The translations under genes were made by a program, and so were the position numbers. A stretch of DNA of 41,795 bases. Origin: an uncultured Candidatus Saccharibacteria bacterium. GTDB lineage: Bacteria; Patescibacteriota; Minisyncoccia; Minisyncoccales; Staskawiczbacteraceae. Shown one piece after another: positions 16,988 to 26,931 of this stretch (positions are counted from its first letter, which is position 1; every line of letters starts with the position of its first letter). The DNA is taken from contig CAYIDV010000002.1 of the NCBI GenBank assembly GCA_964362315.1, positions 1 through 41,795 of the forward strand, in the 5' to 3' direction. A model generated the notes under the pieces. It saw nothing but the letters and a program-made list of their open reading frames with translations, was not told the origin of the DNA and searched no databases.

Positions 16988-17012
16988 CATTGTGAGGTCC
17001 GACCTCGCAATG
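16988..17012. repeat. Hairpin with a GAGGTCCGACCTC core
   Basis: CATTGTGAGG-tccga-CCTCGCAATG. The core is the same as in the palindrome inside tsaD (21044..21072). Confidence 0.7.
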
Positions 17013-17028
17013 ACTTTGCAATGGTTTT

Positions 17029-17466
17029 TTACGATAATTCCACGTTCTCTTGTTGTGATTTTTCGGTTTCAATCTTAGGTATTTTAATTGTTAGGATACC
17101 CTTGTCTATCTGGGCGTTGGCAGCTTTGGTATTTATATTTTCAGGCAACACTATTTTTTTTGAAAAAGGGCCCCAGTAGCATTCTTGGTAAAAATATTTC
17201 TTTTGCAAGCTATCATCAGGATTAGCTCTCTGCCCTTTTATTACTATCATGTCTTTTTCCACGGCAATGTCTAAATCTTGTATCCTGACTCCGGCAATAG
17301 CAGTCAAAACAACAAAATCTGAGTTGGTCTCAAAAACGTCCACCACCAATTCGCCATCTGAATCAAATATATTGTTTTTCTCAATATTATCGTTTAATGA
17401 AGTTTTTATCTCTCCGGTAATTTTTAGAGAAGATGATTCTTTCTTTATTTTTGTTTTCCTTATCAT
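17029..17466 (-). CDS. Hsp20/alpha-crystallin small heat-shock protein
   Basis: 145 aa with an alpha-crystallin domain: VDVFETNSDFVVLTAIAGV ... KGILTIKIPK. Confidence 0.9.
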   Translation of the reverse strand: MIRKTKIKKESSSLKITGEIKTSLNDNIEKNNIFDSDGELVVDVFETNSDFVVLTAIAGVRIQDLDIAVEKDMIVIKGQRANPDDSLQKKYFYQECYWGPFSKKIVLPENINTKAANAQIDKGILTIKIPKIETEKSQQENVELS

Positions 17467-17537
17467 AAATTAGGTTTTGGGTGTTAGGTTTTGGGTGTTA
17501 GTAAGTCTCCAATATCTAACACCTAATATTCTAATAT
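17467..17537. repeat. Leader-associated GT-rich/AC-rich palindromic repeat upstream of hsp20
   Basis: In the gene sense it reads ...CTAACACCCAAAACCTAACACCCAAAACCTAATTT-ATG, parallel to CTAACACCCAAAACCCAACACCTAAAATCTATCT-GTG at 10238. Confidence 0.7.
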
Positions 17538-18287
17538 CTAAATTTTGCATATACTTTTTAATTTTTTCACATTATTAAAAGCTTGAACCAACAATGCCGC
17601 CAAGGCAACAATCATAACCATCGGGATTATTAGGTTTAAAGGATCATCCAATGTTATTATAGAAAAATTGTACAATCCGTGCAAGAATACCGCCGTAAAT
17701 ATCCCCATCACAGTTAATAGTAATCTTTTTTTGAGATAAAGAAAAGACACTGCCAAAAAATAGCCCAGTATGCCTGAGCAAAGCGTATGTAAAAAAGTGG
17801 CTCCAATAAAACGAATAAAGCTTATGGAAATTGTTGTTTTAACAATGTTGTTTAAAGATAAACTGTCTATCGGCGAAAATAAATACAAGATATTTTCTAA
17901 AGCGGCAAACCCCAGGGCCACTACAATCATATAAAGGATAATGTCTAAGGGCTCGTCTAATTCTTGTCTTTTTAAAACAATCAATTTTACTGCCAAGTAC
18001 TTAAGTAATTCTTCAGTTAAGGCAATAACCACAAACCATTTTAATATATCTGTTATGAAGCTAAATCTGATAAAAAATTCAAAGTACTGCAACTGCTGTA
18101 ATAATCCAGAAAGCTGCGTTTCCAAAAGAAATACCGGCACAGTGGCCAAAACCCCGTACAAAAAAACCTCCAAAATCATTCTTTTGGGCTCGGGATGCAC
18201 ATCTTTTTTTAAATAATAAAAAAGCCAAATTAAACTGGGAAAAATACCAAATAATACATATAGAGGAATTCTAAAGGCTAAATCCAT
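17538..18287 (-). CDS. PrsW-family intramembrane metalloprotease
   Basis: Polytopic membrane protein with the EELLKY and FLHGLYNF motifs. Confidence 0.8.
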   Translation of the reverse strand: MDLAFRIPLYVLFGIFPSLIWLFYYLKKDVHPEPKRMILEVFLYGVLATVPVFLLETQLSGLLQQLQYFEFFIRFSFITDILKWFVVIALTEELLKYLAVKLIVLKRQELDEPLDIILYMIVVALGFAALENILYLFSPIDSLSLNNIVKTTISISFIRFIGATFLHTLCSGILGYFLAVSFLYLKKRLLLTVMGIFTAVFLHGLYNFSIITLDDPLNLIIPMVMIVALAALLVQAFNNVKKLKSICKI

Positions 18288-18291
18288 AATT

Positions 18292-20364
18292 TTATTTTGG
18301 TAACTGTTCTATCATCAAACATTGTTTTTTATCTTTTATGGGTAATTTTTGATAAATTTCTTCTGTTATAAAAGGCATAAAGGGATGCAAAATCTTTAAG
18401 GATGTAATTAATAAATAAGCCAAAGTTTCTTTAGTTTCATTATCATTTTTATCTTTGGTTTCTTCAATATATTTGTCAGCAATTTTATGCCATATAAAGT
18501 CGTACAAATCGTGGGCTGCCTCTCCAAATTTAAGATTTTCTATTTTCTCAAGTGTTGTTTTTGACAATTTATCCATTTTTTTAGCTATTGGCGCAGATGA
18601 CTTTAATTTTTTAATTTCTATTTTTTCACTGCCAATTTTTATCAAAACATATTTTGTTATATTCCAAAATTTGTTGGCAAATTTTTTGCCCATTAATATG
18701 TGGTCTTCGCCAAACTTCAAGTCTTGCACTCCGGTATTTTGATAAGCCAAACCAAACCTTAAGGCATCTGCTCCATATTTTTCAATAAGACTAACTGGGT
18801 CTATACCTGTTCCTAAAGATTTTGACATTCTTTTACCATCTTTTGTCAAAACAGTCGGGTGAATGTAAACCTTCTTAAAGGGCGCCTTACCGGTAAAAAA
18901 CTCTCCGGAAAATATCATCCTTATCTGCCATAAAAACAATATACCCCTGTCTGAAGTAATAAAATCAGTGGGATAATAACTTTTCAGGTCTTTTGTTTTT
19001 TCGGGCCATCCTAAAATAGCAAATGGCCAGAGAGCAGAAGAAAACCAAGTATCCAAAACATCTTCTTCGCCTTCAACTGGTATTTTGTGTCCCCACCATA
19101 ACTGTCTGGATATATTCCAGTCTTTCATATTTTCAATCCATCTTAATGCAATGTTTTCCCAGCTTTTTGGCTGTATCAAAACCTTTTTTTTGGTTATAGC
19201 TTCTTTGGCTAACTTTGCCAGTTCGGAATTTTTTAAAAACCATTGGTCAGATGGCAACGGCTCAATAACAGAATCGCATCTGTCACATTTGGCAATATTA
19301 TGCTGGTAATCTTCTGTTTTTTCCAAAAGGCCTATTTTTTCAAGGTCTTTTATTATTTGCTCTCTAACTTCCAAAACCTTCATTTCTTTGTATCTCGTGC
19401 CCGCATTTTCGTTCATTCTACCCTGTTCATTAATGATTTTTATTAGAGGTAAATTATGCCTTTGTGATATTTCAAAATCTGTTAGGTCGTGGGCAGGTGT
19501 AACTTTGATTATTCCTGTACCAAATTTAGGGTCAACTGCTTTATCTGCCACAACTTTTATTTTTATTTTTTTAATCTTTGGCGGCAGGTCTTTTGAAATA
19601 TTATTATCTACCGATTCAATTTCTAATTCTTTGCCAATGTAATTTTTATAGCGTCTGTCATTTGGATTTACAGCCAAAGCTGTATCGCCCAGCTTTGTTT
19701 CTGGTCTTGCTGTAGCAAGAGTAAAAAGACCATATTTTATATAATAAAGTTTTCCTTTTTCAGATACGTAATTAACTTCCAAATCAGAAATACCTGTTCC
19801 GCAACGCACACACCAGTTAATAACTCTGTATCCTTTGTAAATCCATCCTTTTTTTTGATATTTTTTAAAAGCTTCAATAACCGCTTTTTCATAACCCTTG
19901 TCTCTGGTATATCTTGTCCTTGTCCAGTCAACTGAAATGCCAAGTTTTTTAAATTGTTCCAATATAGCTGTTCCATACTTATCTTTCCATTCCTCGATTC
20001 TTTGTAAAAACTTTTCTTTTCCTAAATCATGGCGGGTCAAACCCTCTTTTTTAAGCTGTTTTTCAACTACATTTTGAGCGGCAATGCCCGCGTGATCTAT
20101 GCCGGGTATCCATAAAGTTTTATAACCCTGCATTCTTTTCATTCTCACTAAAATATCCTGCATTGTCAGTTCAAGAGCGTGCCCCATATGGAGTTCGCCG
20201 GTTATGTTTGGAGGAGCAATTGGGGTAACAAAATTTTTCTTGCCTTTAGTTTTTAAATTATCAGGATTAAAAAAACCGCTGTCCTCCCATAGCTTATAGA
20301 TTTTATCCTCAACCTGCTTTGGGTCGTAGGGACCCGAAATTTCCATATTTTTGAATTTTATCAC
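18292..20364 (-). CDS. valS: Valine--tRNA ligase, short form
   Basis: PPNITGELHMGHAL (HIGH-type motif) and RMSKSLG (KMSKS motif). The N-terminus is like ValRS. At 690 aa it lacks the long C-terminal coiled coil. Confidence 0.9.
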   Translation of the reverse strand: MIKFKNMEISGPYDPKQVEDKIYKLWEDSGFFNPDNLKTKGKKNFVTPIAPPNITGELHMGHALELTMQDILVRMKRMQGYKTLWIPGIDHAGIAAQNVVEKQLKKEGLTRHDLGKEKFLQRIEEWKDKYGTAILEQFKKLGISVDWTRTRYTRDKGYEKAVIEAFKKYQKKGWIYKGYRVINWCVRCGTGISDLEVNYVSEKGKLYYIKYGLFTLATARPETKLGDTALAVNPNDRRYKNYIGKELEIESVDNNISKDLPPKIKKIKIKVVADKAVDPKFGTGIIKVTPAHDLTDFEISQRHNLPLIKIINEQGRMNENAGTRYKEMKVLEVREQIIKDLEKIGLLEKTEDYQHNIAKCDRCDSVIEPLPSDQWFLKNSELAKLAKEAITKKKVLIQPKSWENIALRWIENMKDWNISRQLWWGHKIPVEGEEDVLDTWFSSALWPFAILGWPEKTKDLKSYYPTDFITSDRGILFLWQIRMIFSGEFFTGKAPFKKVYIHPTVLTKDGKRMSKSLGTGIDPVSLIEKYGADALRFGLAYQNTGVQDLKFGEDHILMGKKFANKFWNITKYVLIKIGSEKIEIKKLKSSAPIAKKMDKLSKTTLEKIENLKFGEAAHDLYDFIWHKIADKYIEETKDKNDNETKETLAYLLITSLKILHPFMPFITEEIYQKLPIKDKKQCLMIEQLPK

Positions 20365-20367
20365 AGT

Positions 20368-21567
20368 TTAAGATATTCGTAAATTTGCGTTGGCTTTGAT
20401 TTTCTGCCAATCTTTAGTGTCACTTCTATGAAAGTATCCGGCAACGGCAATCATAAGTGCATTGTCAGTGGACAATGCAGTATCTGGTATTAAGTATTGA
20501 GTATTAGGCATATCGCTTTGGATTTTTTCTTTTAATTGTTTTCTTAATTCATCATTCGCCGAAACCCCGCCGCCCAAAATGATTGTTTTTGCATTAAAAT
20601 CTTTTACCGCTTTTATAGTCTTTTTAACTAAAACATCAATAATCGCCTGCTGTATCTCCCAACACAACTCCTTCACAATGCTTCTATACTTGGAAGTATA
20701 GAAGTATTTGTTTTTTAAATCTTTATGTAAATATAGCACTGCGGTTTTTAATCCAGAAAAACTAAAGTCATAATCTTTAGTACGTATCATCGGCCTAGGA
20801 AGCTGTACTTGTAAAGTTGACGACCGTCTATTTTGTAGGTATATGTCTTTTTTTAATTCCTTCGCCAACTGTGAAATAATAGGTCCTCCGGGATAACCAA
20901 GGCCTAAAATTTTGGCGCATTTATCAAAACATTCGCCAGCAGCGTCGTCTCGTGTTTCCCCAATTATTTTGTATTTTCCAACACCATTCATCAAAATGAG
21001 TTGTGTGTGTCCCCCAGAAACAACCAAAGCCACAGCTGGAAATCTATCAACGAGGTCGGACCTCGTTGATAGGAAATTAACGAGAATATGTGCTTCAATA
21101 TGGTTTACAGGAATAAGAGGAATATCCCACACATATGAAAGCACTCTGGCAAAATTAACTCCCACCCACAGACAGGGCTCAAGCCCCGGGCCGTGGGTTA
21201 CTGCAATTAAGTCAATATCTGGTTTTTTGTATTTCTTTAAAAATGGCTGTAATTGTTTTAACAATTCGGATTCTCTTTCTAAGATTTTTTCAACAATTTT
21301 GAATTTTGCCCGGTGACTAACACCAGACACCCGATGTTTATCATCGGGTGAATTTAGCAATTTGGCCAGTTTTAATGATTGCATTAAAACTGGCACCAAA
21401 TTGGCTTGGTGTTCTCTTTTTGCCATCATAGGAAAAACTCCGCCATATTTTTTATGGATTTTTTGTGAAGAAACGATATTTGACAATACGGTAAATTTTT
21501 TATTTTTTACATCAAGAATTGCGATTCCCGTGTCATCGCAGGATGTTTCTATTGCCAAAATTCGCAT
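20368..21567 (-). CDS. tsaD: tRNA N6-adenosine threonylcarbamoyltransferase TsaD
   Basis: ILAIETSCDDT, NHIEAHIL and LVVSGGHTQL motifs. It is 399 aa and carries insertions. Confidence 0.93.
   Translation of the reverse strand: MRILAIETSCDDTGIAILDVKNKKFTVLSNIVSSQKIHKKYGGVFPMMAKREHQANLVPVLMQSLKLAKLLNSPDDKHRVSGVSHRAKFKIVEKILERESELLKQLQPFLKKYKKPDIDLIAVTHGPGLEPCLWVGVNFARVLSYVWDIPLIPVNHIEAHILVNFLSTRSDLVDRFPAVALVVSGGHTQLILMNGVGKYKIIGETRDDAAGECFDKCAKILGLGYPGGPIISQLAKELKKDIYLQNRRSSTLQVQLPRPMIRTKDYDFSFSGLKTAVLYLHKDLKNKYFYTSKYRSIVKELCWEIQQAIIDVLVKKTIKAVKDFNAKTIILGGGVSANDELRKQLKEKIQSDMPNTQYLIPDTALSTDNALMIAVAGYFHRSDTKDWQKIKANANLRIS
21044..21072. repeat. 29-nt perfect palindrome inside the tsaD coding sequence
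   Basis: CTATCAACGAGG-tcgga-CCTCGTTGATAG, encoding LSTRSDLVDR in the variable loop before FPAVALVVSGGHTQ. Confidence 0.9.
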
Positions 21568-21652
21568 AGTGTTATACTAAGTGTTATACTATCTGAAATC
21601 TTGAATTATTTCAATTTTTAACATAGAATATTGATAAGATTACTTAAACAAT

Positions 21653-21727
21653 GGCCCTGTCGTCTAGCTTGGTTTAGGACATCGCTCTTTCAAGGCGAGA
21701 ACTCGGGTTCAAATCCCGACAGGGCCG
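21653..21727 (+). tRNA. tRNA-Glu(UUC)
   Basis: Acceptor GGCCCTG/CAGGGCC, anticodon arm TCGCT-CTTTCAA-GGCGA, T arm CGGG-TTCAAAT-CCCG. Confidence 0.88.
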
Positions 21728-21742
21728 CTATTTTTTACTCAA

Positions 21743-23329
21743 ATGGAGAAAAAAGACTATTTAGAAATCTCAAAAGCCAGTGACATTAAAGAGAGACACC
21801 ACAGGATACTTTACCGATCTCTGGAAATTTTACCTGGCGTGATAAGTTTAGGGACTCTTGTGGGAGTCTTTGTTTTTTCATGGCTCCTGCCCTTCTGGGT
21901 GGCAATTTTTATTATAATTTTCTGCTTTTATTATCTGCTAAGGGTTTTTTATTTTTCTCTGCACCAAATCACCGGGTACCTAAAAATCAGAAAGCATATG
22001 AAAACAAATTGGCTTTTAGAGTTAAAGAAAGTAAAATCCTCTTTAACAAATTCTGCCGACTCAAGGCAGCCGGATAAATCAGGACAAATCAGAGACTGGA
22101 GAAAGATTTATCATTTAGTCATTCTGCCTACTTATAAAGAAGGTGAAAAAATAATAAAAGAAAGTCTTAATTCGTTGGTAAGCTCAGATTATCCAAAAGA
22201 GAAGCTGATTGTTGTATTGGCAGTTGAAGAAAGGGCAGGAAAAAGTTTTGAAGAATTGGCAAAAAAAATAGAAAAAGAATACGCCGATAGGTTTTTTAAG
22301 TTTCTCACTGTAATTCATCCCCAAAGTATTGAGGGCGAGATAGCGGGAAAGGGCTCAAACGTAGCCTATGCAGGCAAAAAGGCACAAAGCCAAATAGTTG
22401 ATTTTTTAAAAATCCCCCATGAGAATATTTTAGTTTCCACTTTTGACGTTGACACAAAGGTCTATCCCCAATATTTTTCTTGCTTAACCTGGCATTATCT
22501 GACCCAAAAAAATCCCACTAGAGTCAGCTATCAGCCCATCCCTGTTTACAATAATAATATTTGGGAGGCTTCTTTCCTTTCCAGAATTGTTTCCTGCTCA
22601 AACACCTTTTGGCAAATTATTCAACAAGAGAGATCGGAAAAACTTACCACTTATTCTTCTCATGCCATTCCGGGTAAAGTATTTTTTGAGGTAGGATACC
22701 CATCAAACGTAGTCTACGACGACAGCAGGATTTTCTGGCGGGCCTACCTTCATTATAACGGAGATTACCGGGTGATGCCTATGTATTATTTGGTTTCAAT
22801 GGATGCAGTGGATTCGCCAAATATTTTTAAAACCATTGTCAATCAATACAGGCAACAAAAACGTTGGGCTTGGGGATGTGCTGAAATTCCTTACGTTATT
22901 TTCGGTTTTTTACAAAATAAAAAGGTATCCATCTGGCGCAAAATTTCACACCTTTTTACCTTAATTGACGGATACTGGTCATGGGCAACCGCAGCTCTTT
23001 TGCTCTTTTTATTAGGTTGGCTGCCAATATGGTTGGGTGGAGAAAAATTTAATTTTACTATTCTATCATTCAACTTGCCCATTTTAACCAGCAGGATTAT
23101 GACCATTTCTTTAATAGGCGTTTTTATTTCCGCTGTTCTAAGCACTTTATTATTGCCCCGCATGCCAAAAGGCAGAAGTCAGTTCAAAAAAGTAGCTATT
23201 TTCCTGCAATGGATATTTTTACCGGTCATTTTAATTATCTTTGGTTCATTACCAGCATTAGAAGCTCAAATTCGTTTAATGTTAGGAAAATATATGGGTT
23301 TTTGGGTAACTGAAAAACTAAGAAAATAA
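21743..23329 (+). CDS. Membrane-bound family 2 glycosyltransferase, processive type
   Basis: 528 aa with VILPTYKEGEKII, FDVDT, and a Q-x-x-RW motif (QQKRWAWG). TM helices flank the catalytic domain. Confidence 0.8.
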   Translation: MEKKDYLEISKASDIKERHHRILYRSLEILPGVISLGTLVGVFVFSWLLPFWVAIFIIIFCFYYLLRVFYFSLHQITGYLKIRKHMKTNWLLELKKVKSSLTNSADSRQPDKSGQIRDWRKIYHLVILPTYKEGEKIIKESLNSLVSSDYPKEKLIVVLAVEERAGKSFEELAKKIEKEYADRFFKFLTVIHPQSIEGEIAGKGSNVAYAGKKAQSQIVDFLKIPHENILVSTFDVDTKVYPQYFSCLTWHYLTQKNPTRVSYQPIPVYNNNIWEASFLSRIVSCSNTFWQIIQQERSEKLTTYSSHAIPGKVFFEVGYPSNVVYDDSRIFWRAYLHYNGDYRVMPMYYLVSMDAVDSPNIFKTIVNQYRQQKRWAWGCAEIPYVIFGFLQNKKVSIWRKISHLFTLIDGYWSWATAALLLFLLGWLPIWLGGEKFNFTILSFNLPILTSRIMTISLIGVFISAVLSTLLLPRMPKGRSQFKKVAIFLQWIFLPVILIIFGSLPALEAQIRLMLGKYMGFWVTEKLRK

Positions 23330-23353
23330 CTTTGGCAATCTTAAAAACTCAAT

Positions 23354-23398
23354 TAAAAAATACCCTAATTTGTAAAGCTTTACAAATTAGGGTATTTT
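23354..23398. terminator. Bidirectional intrinsic terminator between convergent genes
   Basis: AAAAAA-TACCCTAATTTGTAAAG/CTTTACAAATTAGGGTA-TTTTT. Confidence 0.8.
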
Positions 23399-23405
23399 TA
23401 AGTAT

Positions 23406-25532
23406 CTATTCTAAATGTATTCTTTGCCCAAACCGGCTTACTTTTTCTCTGAGTAAGGGGTAATTCTGCAAAACCGGATCATTTTCCAGGATTTTTTTTG
23501 CTGCATTCCTTGTTTTTTCTACTAACAATATATCAGAAAGTCCTTGCATTGCAATATCCGGAATGCCCCATTGCTGTGTTCCATAAAGTTGGCCGGGTCC
23601 CCTAATCTCCAAATCTTTTTGAGCCAACTCAAAACCGTTGTTTGAACTAACTATTGCTTTTAATCGCTTTCTATTAAGGTGATCGGGTGAAGTAGTAAAT
23701 AAAAAACAGTATGATTGCATATCTGACCTGCCAACCCTTCCTCTGAATTGATGCAGTTGCGCCAAACCGAATTTTTCAGCACCTTCAATCATCATTATTG
23801 TTGCCCTTGGCACATCAACACCAACTTCAACCACAGATGTAGAAACTAAAATATCAATCTGACCTTTTTTGAAGTCTTGCATTATCATTTCTTTTTCTTT
23901 TGGCTTCATTTTGCCATGCATCATTGTTATTCTTAAGTCAGGAAAGATATCTTTTGATAGCTTTTGGTATTCATCTTTCACCGCCTTAACATCATCCCAT
24001 GTTCTTACTCTAATATTAGGATTTTTTATTCCAACTTCCAACTTAAAACTTCTAACTTCTATTCTTGGACAGATAACAAAAACTCCTTTCCCTTCTTTAA
24101 CTTCTTTTCTTATAAATTCATAAGCTTTTTTTCTGTCGTTTGGTTGAACAATAACTGTTTTTACTTTTTTTCTGTTTTTTGGCATTTCTTTTATTAAAGA
24201 TAAATCTAAATCACCATAAACAGTCAGTGCCAAGGTTCTGGGAATCGGCGTAGCGGTTATGCTGAGTAAATGAGGAAACAATTTATCATTTTTAACAAGC
24301 TGAGAACGTTGTTCTACGCCGAAGCGGTGCTGCTCGTCAATCACAACCAGAGCCAACTGTTTAAATTCAACTCCTTTTTGTATCAAAGAATGGGTGCCTA
24401 TGATAATATCAATTTGGCCGTTTTTTAAATCCTCCAACAAGCTTTTTTTTGAAGTTTGGTAGGTTTCTTTATCTTTATAAATTCTACCTTCTTTACTTGT
24501 AGAAAGACCTATTTTCAGATTAAAATTCCTCAACAATTCTGTTATGCTTTTGAAATGTTGCTTGGCTAAAATTTCGGTGGGAACCATAAAAGCAACTTGA
24601 TAACCATTCTTTACGACGCTCAGGGCCGCCATAGTCGCCACCACGGTTTTGCCTGACCCTACGTCTCCTTCAAGTAATCTGGACATCGGTACTGATTTTT
24701 CCAAATCTTTTAATATCTGGTAACTGCACTGCTTTTGAGAGTCAGTAAGTTTAAAAGGTAAAGAACTGGTAAATTTTTTCATTAGCTCAACGTCCATAGG
24801 ACAGGCCGGCGCTTTTGTTTGCATTAACCTGAATTTTTCTTTCAGTACGAAAAGCTCAAGAAAAAACAATTCTTCAAAGGTAAATCTTGACTTGGCAGCA
24901 TTAGCCAATTCCAAAGAATCAGGGAAGTGAATTTGCCAAATTGATTTTTTAATTGGTAAAAATCTATACTTTTTTAAAATTTCTAGCGGCAGAATCTCAG
25001 GCACTTTACTATAAAAATTAGCGAGGAGCGGTTTAATAATAAATCTTAGCCAACGTGACGTTAATCCTTTAGTTTCAGGATAAACTGGTACTATTCTTCC
25101 AGTATGAATCAATTTGTTGTCTTTATTAACTCTTTCGTGGATGGGGTTATTTAAGTAAATTCCATCCTTACCCAAACTGACTTTTCCTGCCAGGCAAAAC
25201 AAATCATTTTCTTTTAACGATTTTGCCAAATAGGGCTGGTTGAACCATAAAGCCTTCACAGAGCCGGTTTGGTCTTCAATAATTACTTCAGTAATATCCA
25301 TCAATTTTTTAAAAGTTCTTCTGTGTTTAACTTCCACAATTTTTCCTTGTACGCACACAGTACTTCCCAATTTTACCTTTTCTATTGGAATAATATTTGA
25401 GAAATCTTCGTAGCGACTGGGAAAATAAAAAAGCAGGTCTTCAATAGTTTCAATACCTAATTTTTTCAATCTTTTTTGGTAAGCTTGTCCAATTTTAGGA
25501 ATTTCTTCAATTCTAATCCCTAAATTTAGCAT
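23406..25532 (-). CDS. recG: ATP-dependent DNA helicase RecG
   Basis: 708 aa with an N-terminal wedge/OB domain, GDVGSGKT, DEQHRFG and QLHQFRGRVGR motifs. Confidence 0.95.
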   Translation of the reverse strand: MLNLGIRIEEIPKIGQAYQKRLKKLGIETIEDLLFYFPSRYEDFSNIIPIEKVKLGSTVCVQGKIVEVKHRRTFKKLMDITEVIIEDQTGSVKALWFNQPYLAKSLKENDLFCLAGKVSLGKDGIYLNNPIHERVNKDNKLIHTGRIVPVYPETKGLTSRWLRFIIKPLLANFYSKVPEILPLEILKKYRFLPIKKSIWQIHFPDSLELANAAKSRFTFEELFFLELFVLKEKFRLMQTKAPACPMDVELMKKFTSSLPFKLTDSQKQCSYQILKDLEKSVPMSRLLEGDVGSGKTVVATMAALSVVKNGYQVAFMVPTEILAKQHFKSITELLRNFNLKIGLSTSKEGRIYKDKETYQTSKKSLLEDLKNGQIDIIIGTHSLIQKGVEFKQLALVVIDEQHRFGVEQRSQLVKNDKLFPHLLSITATPIPRTLALTVYGDLDLSLIKEMPKNRKKVKTVIVQPNDRKKAYEFIRKEVKEGKGVFVICPRIEVRSFKLEVGIKNPNIRVRTWDDVKAVKDEYQKLSKDIFPDLRITMMHGKMKPKEKEMIMQDFKKGQIDILVSTSVVEVGVDVPRATIMMIEGAEKFGLAQLHQFRGRVGRSDMQSYCFLFTTSPDHLNRKRLKAIVSSNNGFELAQKDLEIRGPGQLYGTQQWGIPDIAMQGLSDILLVEKTRNAAKKILENDPVLQNYPLLREKVSRFGQRIHLE

Positions 25533-25580
25533 ATTATAAATGGTAATGTATTTTCACCGCTTTTACAATTTTATTCAATA

Positions 25581-25610
25581 AAAAGGCCTTTGCTAATAGT
25601 TAGCAAAGGC
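25581..25610 (-). terminator. Intrinsic terminator at the end of the RNR operon
   Basis: Minus strand GCCTTTGCTAA-cta-TTAGCAAAGGC followed by CTTTTTATT. Confidence 0.7.
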
Positions 25611-25619
25611 TTATTAGTT

Positions 25620-25823
25620 TCACGGTGCTCTTTTTAAAGAAGGAATTTCACTAATATCATCATCTTCAGACATATCCCTGAATTCTCTCGCCCTTTCTCT
25701 TATCTGAGAAAGAACCTTGATCAAGTTAGGCTCATTTTTGTTTTCTTCAATCTTCTCATCAATGAAAAGCATGATTGCGTTTGCTGCAATGAAAACGCCG
25801 TCGCTTGAGTTGCTACCAAACAT
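25620..25823 (-). CDS. Hypothetical acidic 67-aa protein
   Basis: ORF only; no motif recognised. Confidence 0.4.
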   Translation of the reverse strand: MFGSNSSDGVFIAANAIMLFIDEKIEENKNEPNLIKVLSQIRERAREFRDMSEDDDISEIPSLKRAP

Positions 25824-25920
25824 GTTGACCCCTCCATAAAAAGAACCTCGAGGGATAACACCAGTACAATACTAGTATTATCTTGTATTTTAATATACCA
25901 CAAACAATTATATTTTCAAA

Positions 25921-26904
25921 TTATTTTGAACTATGGCCAGAATCTACTTCGTATTTGGTGTTTTGCTGTTCAAAGAAATTTACCAATTCAAGAACATCAG
26001 TGGCAGTTGACATCCATTTTGCCGGATTGGTTACATTATATTGCTTGGGTAAGCCTAGCTCTTGCAATCTTCGGTCGGCAACATATTGGACGTACTGATT
26101 TACATAGTCAGCGTTCAACCCTAAAATACCGTTGGGAAACAAATCTTTATTATATGCCGTTTCAATATTCACCCCATCAATCACCAGCTGCTTAATCTCA
26201 TTGGCAAAATTTTCTACAAGCAGTTCTATATTTTCTTCTAATATCGTCTGGACAAGGTATATGCCAAATTTTAGGTGCAAACTTTCGTCTCTCAAAACCC
26301 AGTCAATCATTGAGCCAAAGTTTCTTAATTGGTTTCTTTGCCTGAATGACAATGACACCATAAAACCAGAATAAAACCAGATGCCTTCCATAATTATATT
26401 TGTTGCCACAAGATTTCTTATGAAATCTTTTTTACCCTCCGGTGTTTCAATGTCCAGCTTTTCTTCTGTCATTCTCTTTAGATATTTCATCACAAATTTT
26501 TCCTTTTCAATCATTGAAGGGGTCTCCAAATGCAAATTAAAAATTTTTTCGCGGTCAAAGGGAAAAGTTTCCAATACATATTCAAAGGCAACACAATGAT
26601 TTGCCTCTTCCCACATTTGCTTTGCCAGATACAAGTGGCATTCTGGCGATTTTAAATAAGGGTAGATGCCAAGAGCAATTGATCGGTTGACAATCAATTC
26701 GGCAGGATTAAAAAAGGCCATGGTAAATTTTACGGCATGCCTTTCGTCTTCTGTCATTTTTACCCAGTCTTCCAAATCTTCTTTTAAGGCAATCTCATGG
26801 GGAAACCAGGTGTTTCTAACCGCCTGCAAATACAAATCGTGGGCCCACTGGTATTTCATTGGGTGAAGATTCATATCCTCTGGCGAAGCTTTTCCTAAGA
26901 TCAT
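25921..26904 (-). CDS. nrdB: Ribonucleotide reductase small subunit (class I R2), probable R2c type
   Basis: Ferritin-like ligand pattern FFNPAE ... EEANHCVAF ... EGIWFYSGF. See the finding on the Glu and Phe substitutions. Confidence 0.9.
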   Translation of the reverse strand: MILGKASPEDMNLHPMKYQWAHDLYLQAVRNTWFPHEIALKEDLEDWVKMTEDERHAVKFTMAFFNPAELIVNRSIALGIYPYLKSPECHLYLAKQMWEEANHCVAFEYVLETFPFDREKIFNLHLETPSMIEKEKFVMKYLKRMTEEKLDIETPEGKKDFIRNLVATNIIMEGIWFYSGFMVSLSFRQRNQLRNFGSMIDWVLRDESLHLKFGIYLVQTILEENIELLVENFANEIKQLVIDGVNIETAYNKDLFPNGILGLNADYVNQYVQYVADRRLQELGLPKQYNVTNPAKWMSTATDVLELVNFFEQQNTKYEVDSGHSSK

Positions 26905-26931
26905 GTTTTTGTATTTATCCTAATTAATTTA

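Noticed and set aside
16742-16990. 82-aa minus-strand ORF. ORF 30221-30451 on the plus strand is similar.
   Set aside because: Both are antisense to tRNA genes and terminators.
18292-20364. valS as a truncated pseudogene (690 aa).
   Set aside because: The HIGH and KMSKS motifs and the anticodon-binding region are present in a continuous frame. Only the dispensable C-terminal coiled coil appears to be missing, which fits a reduced genome.
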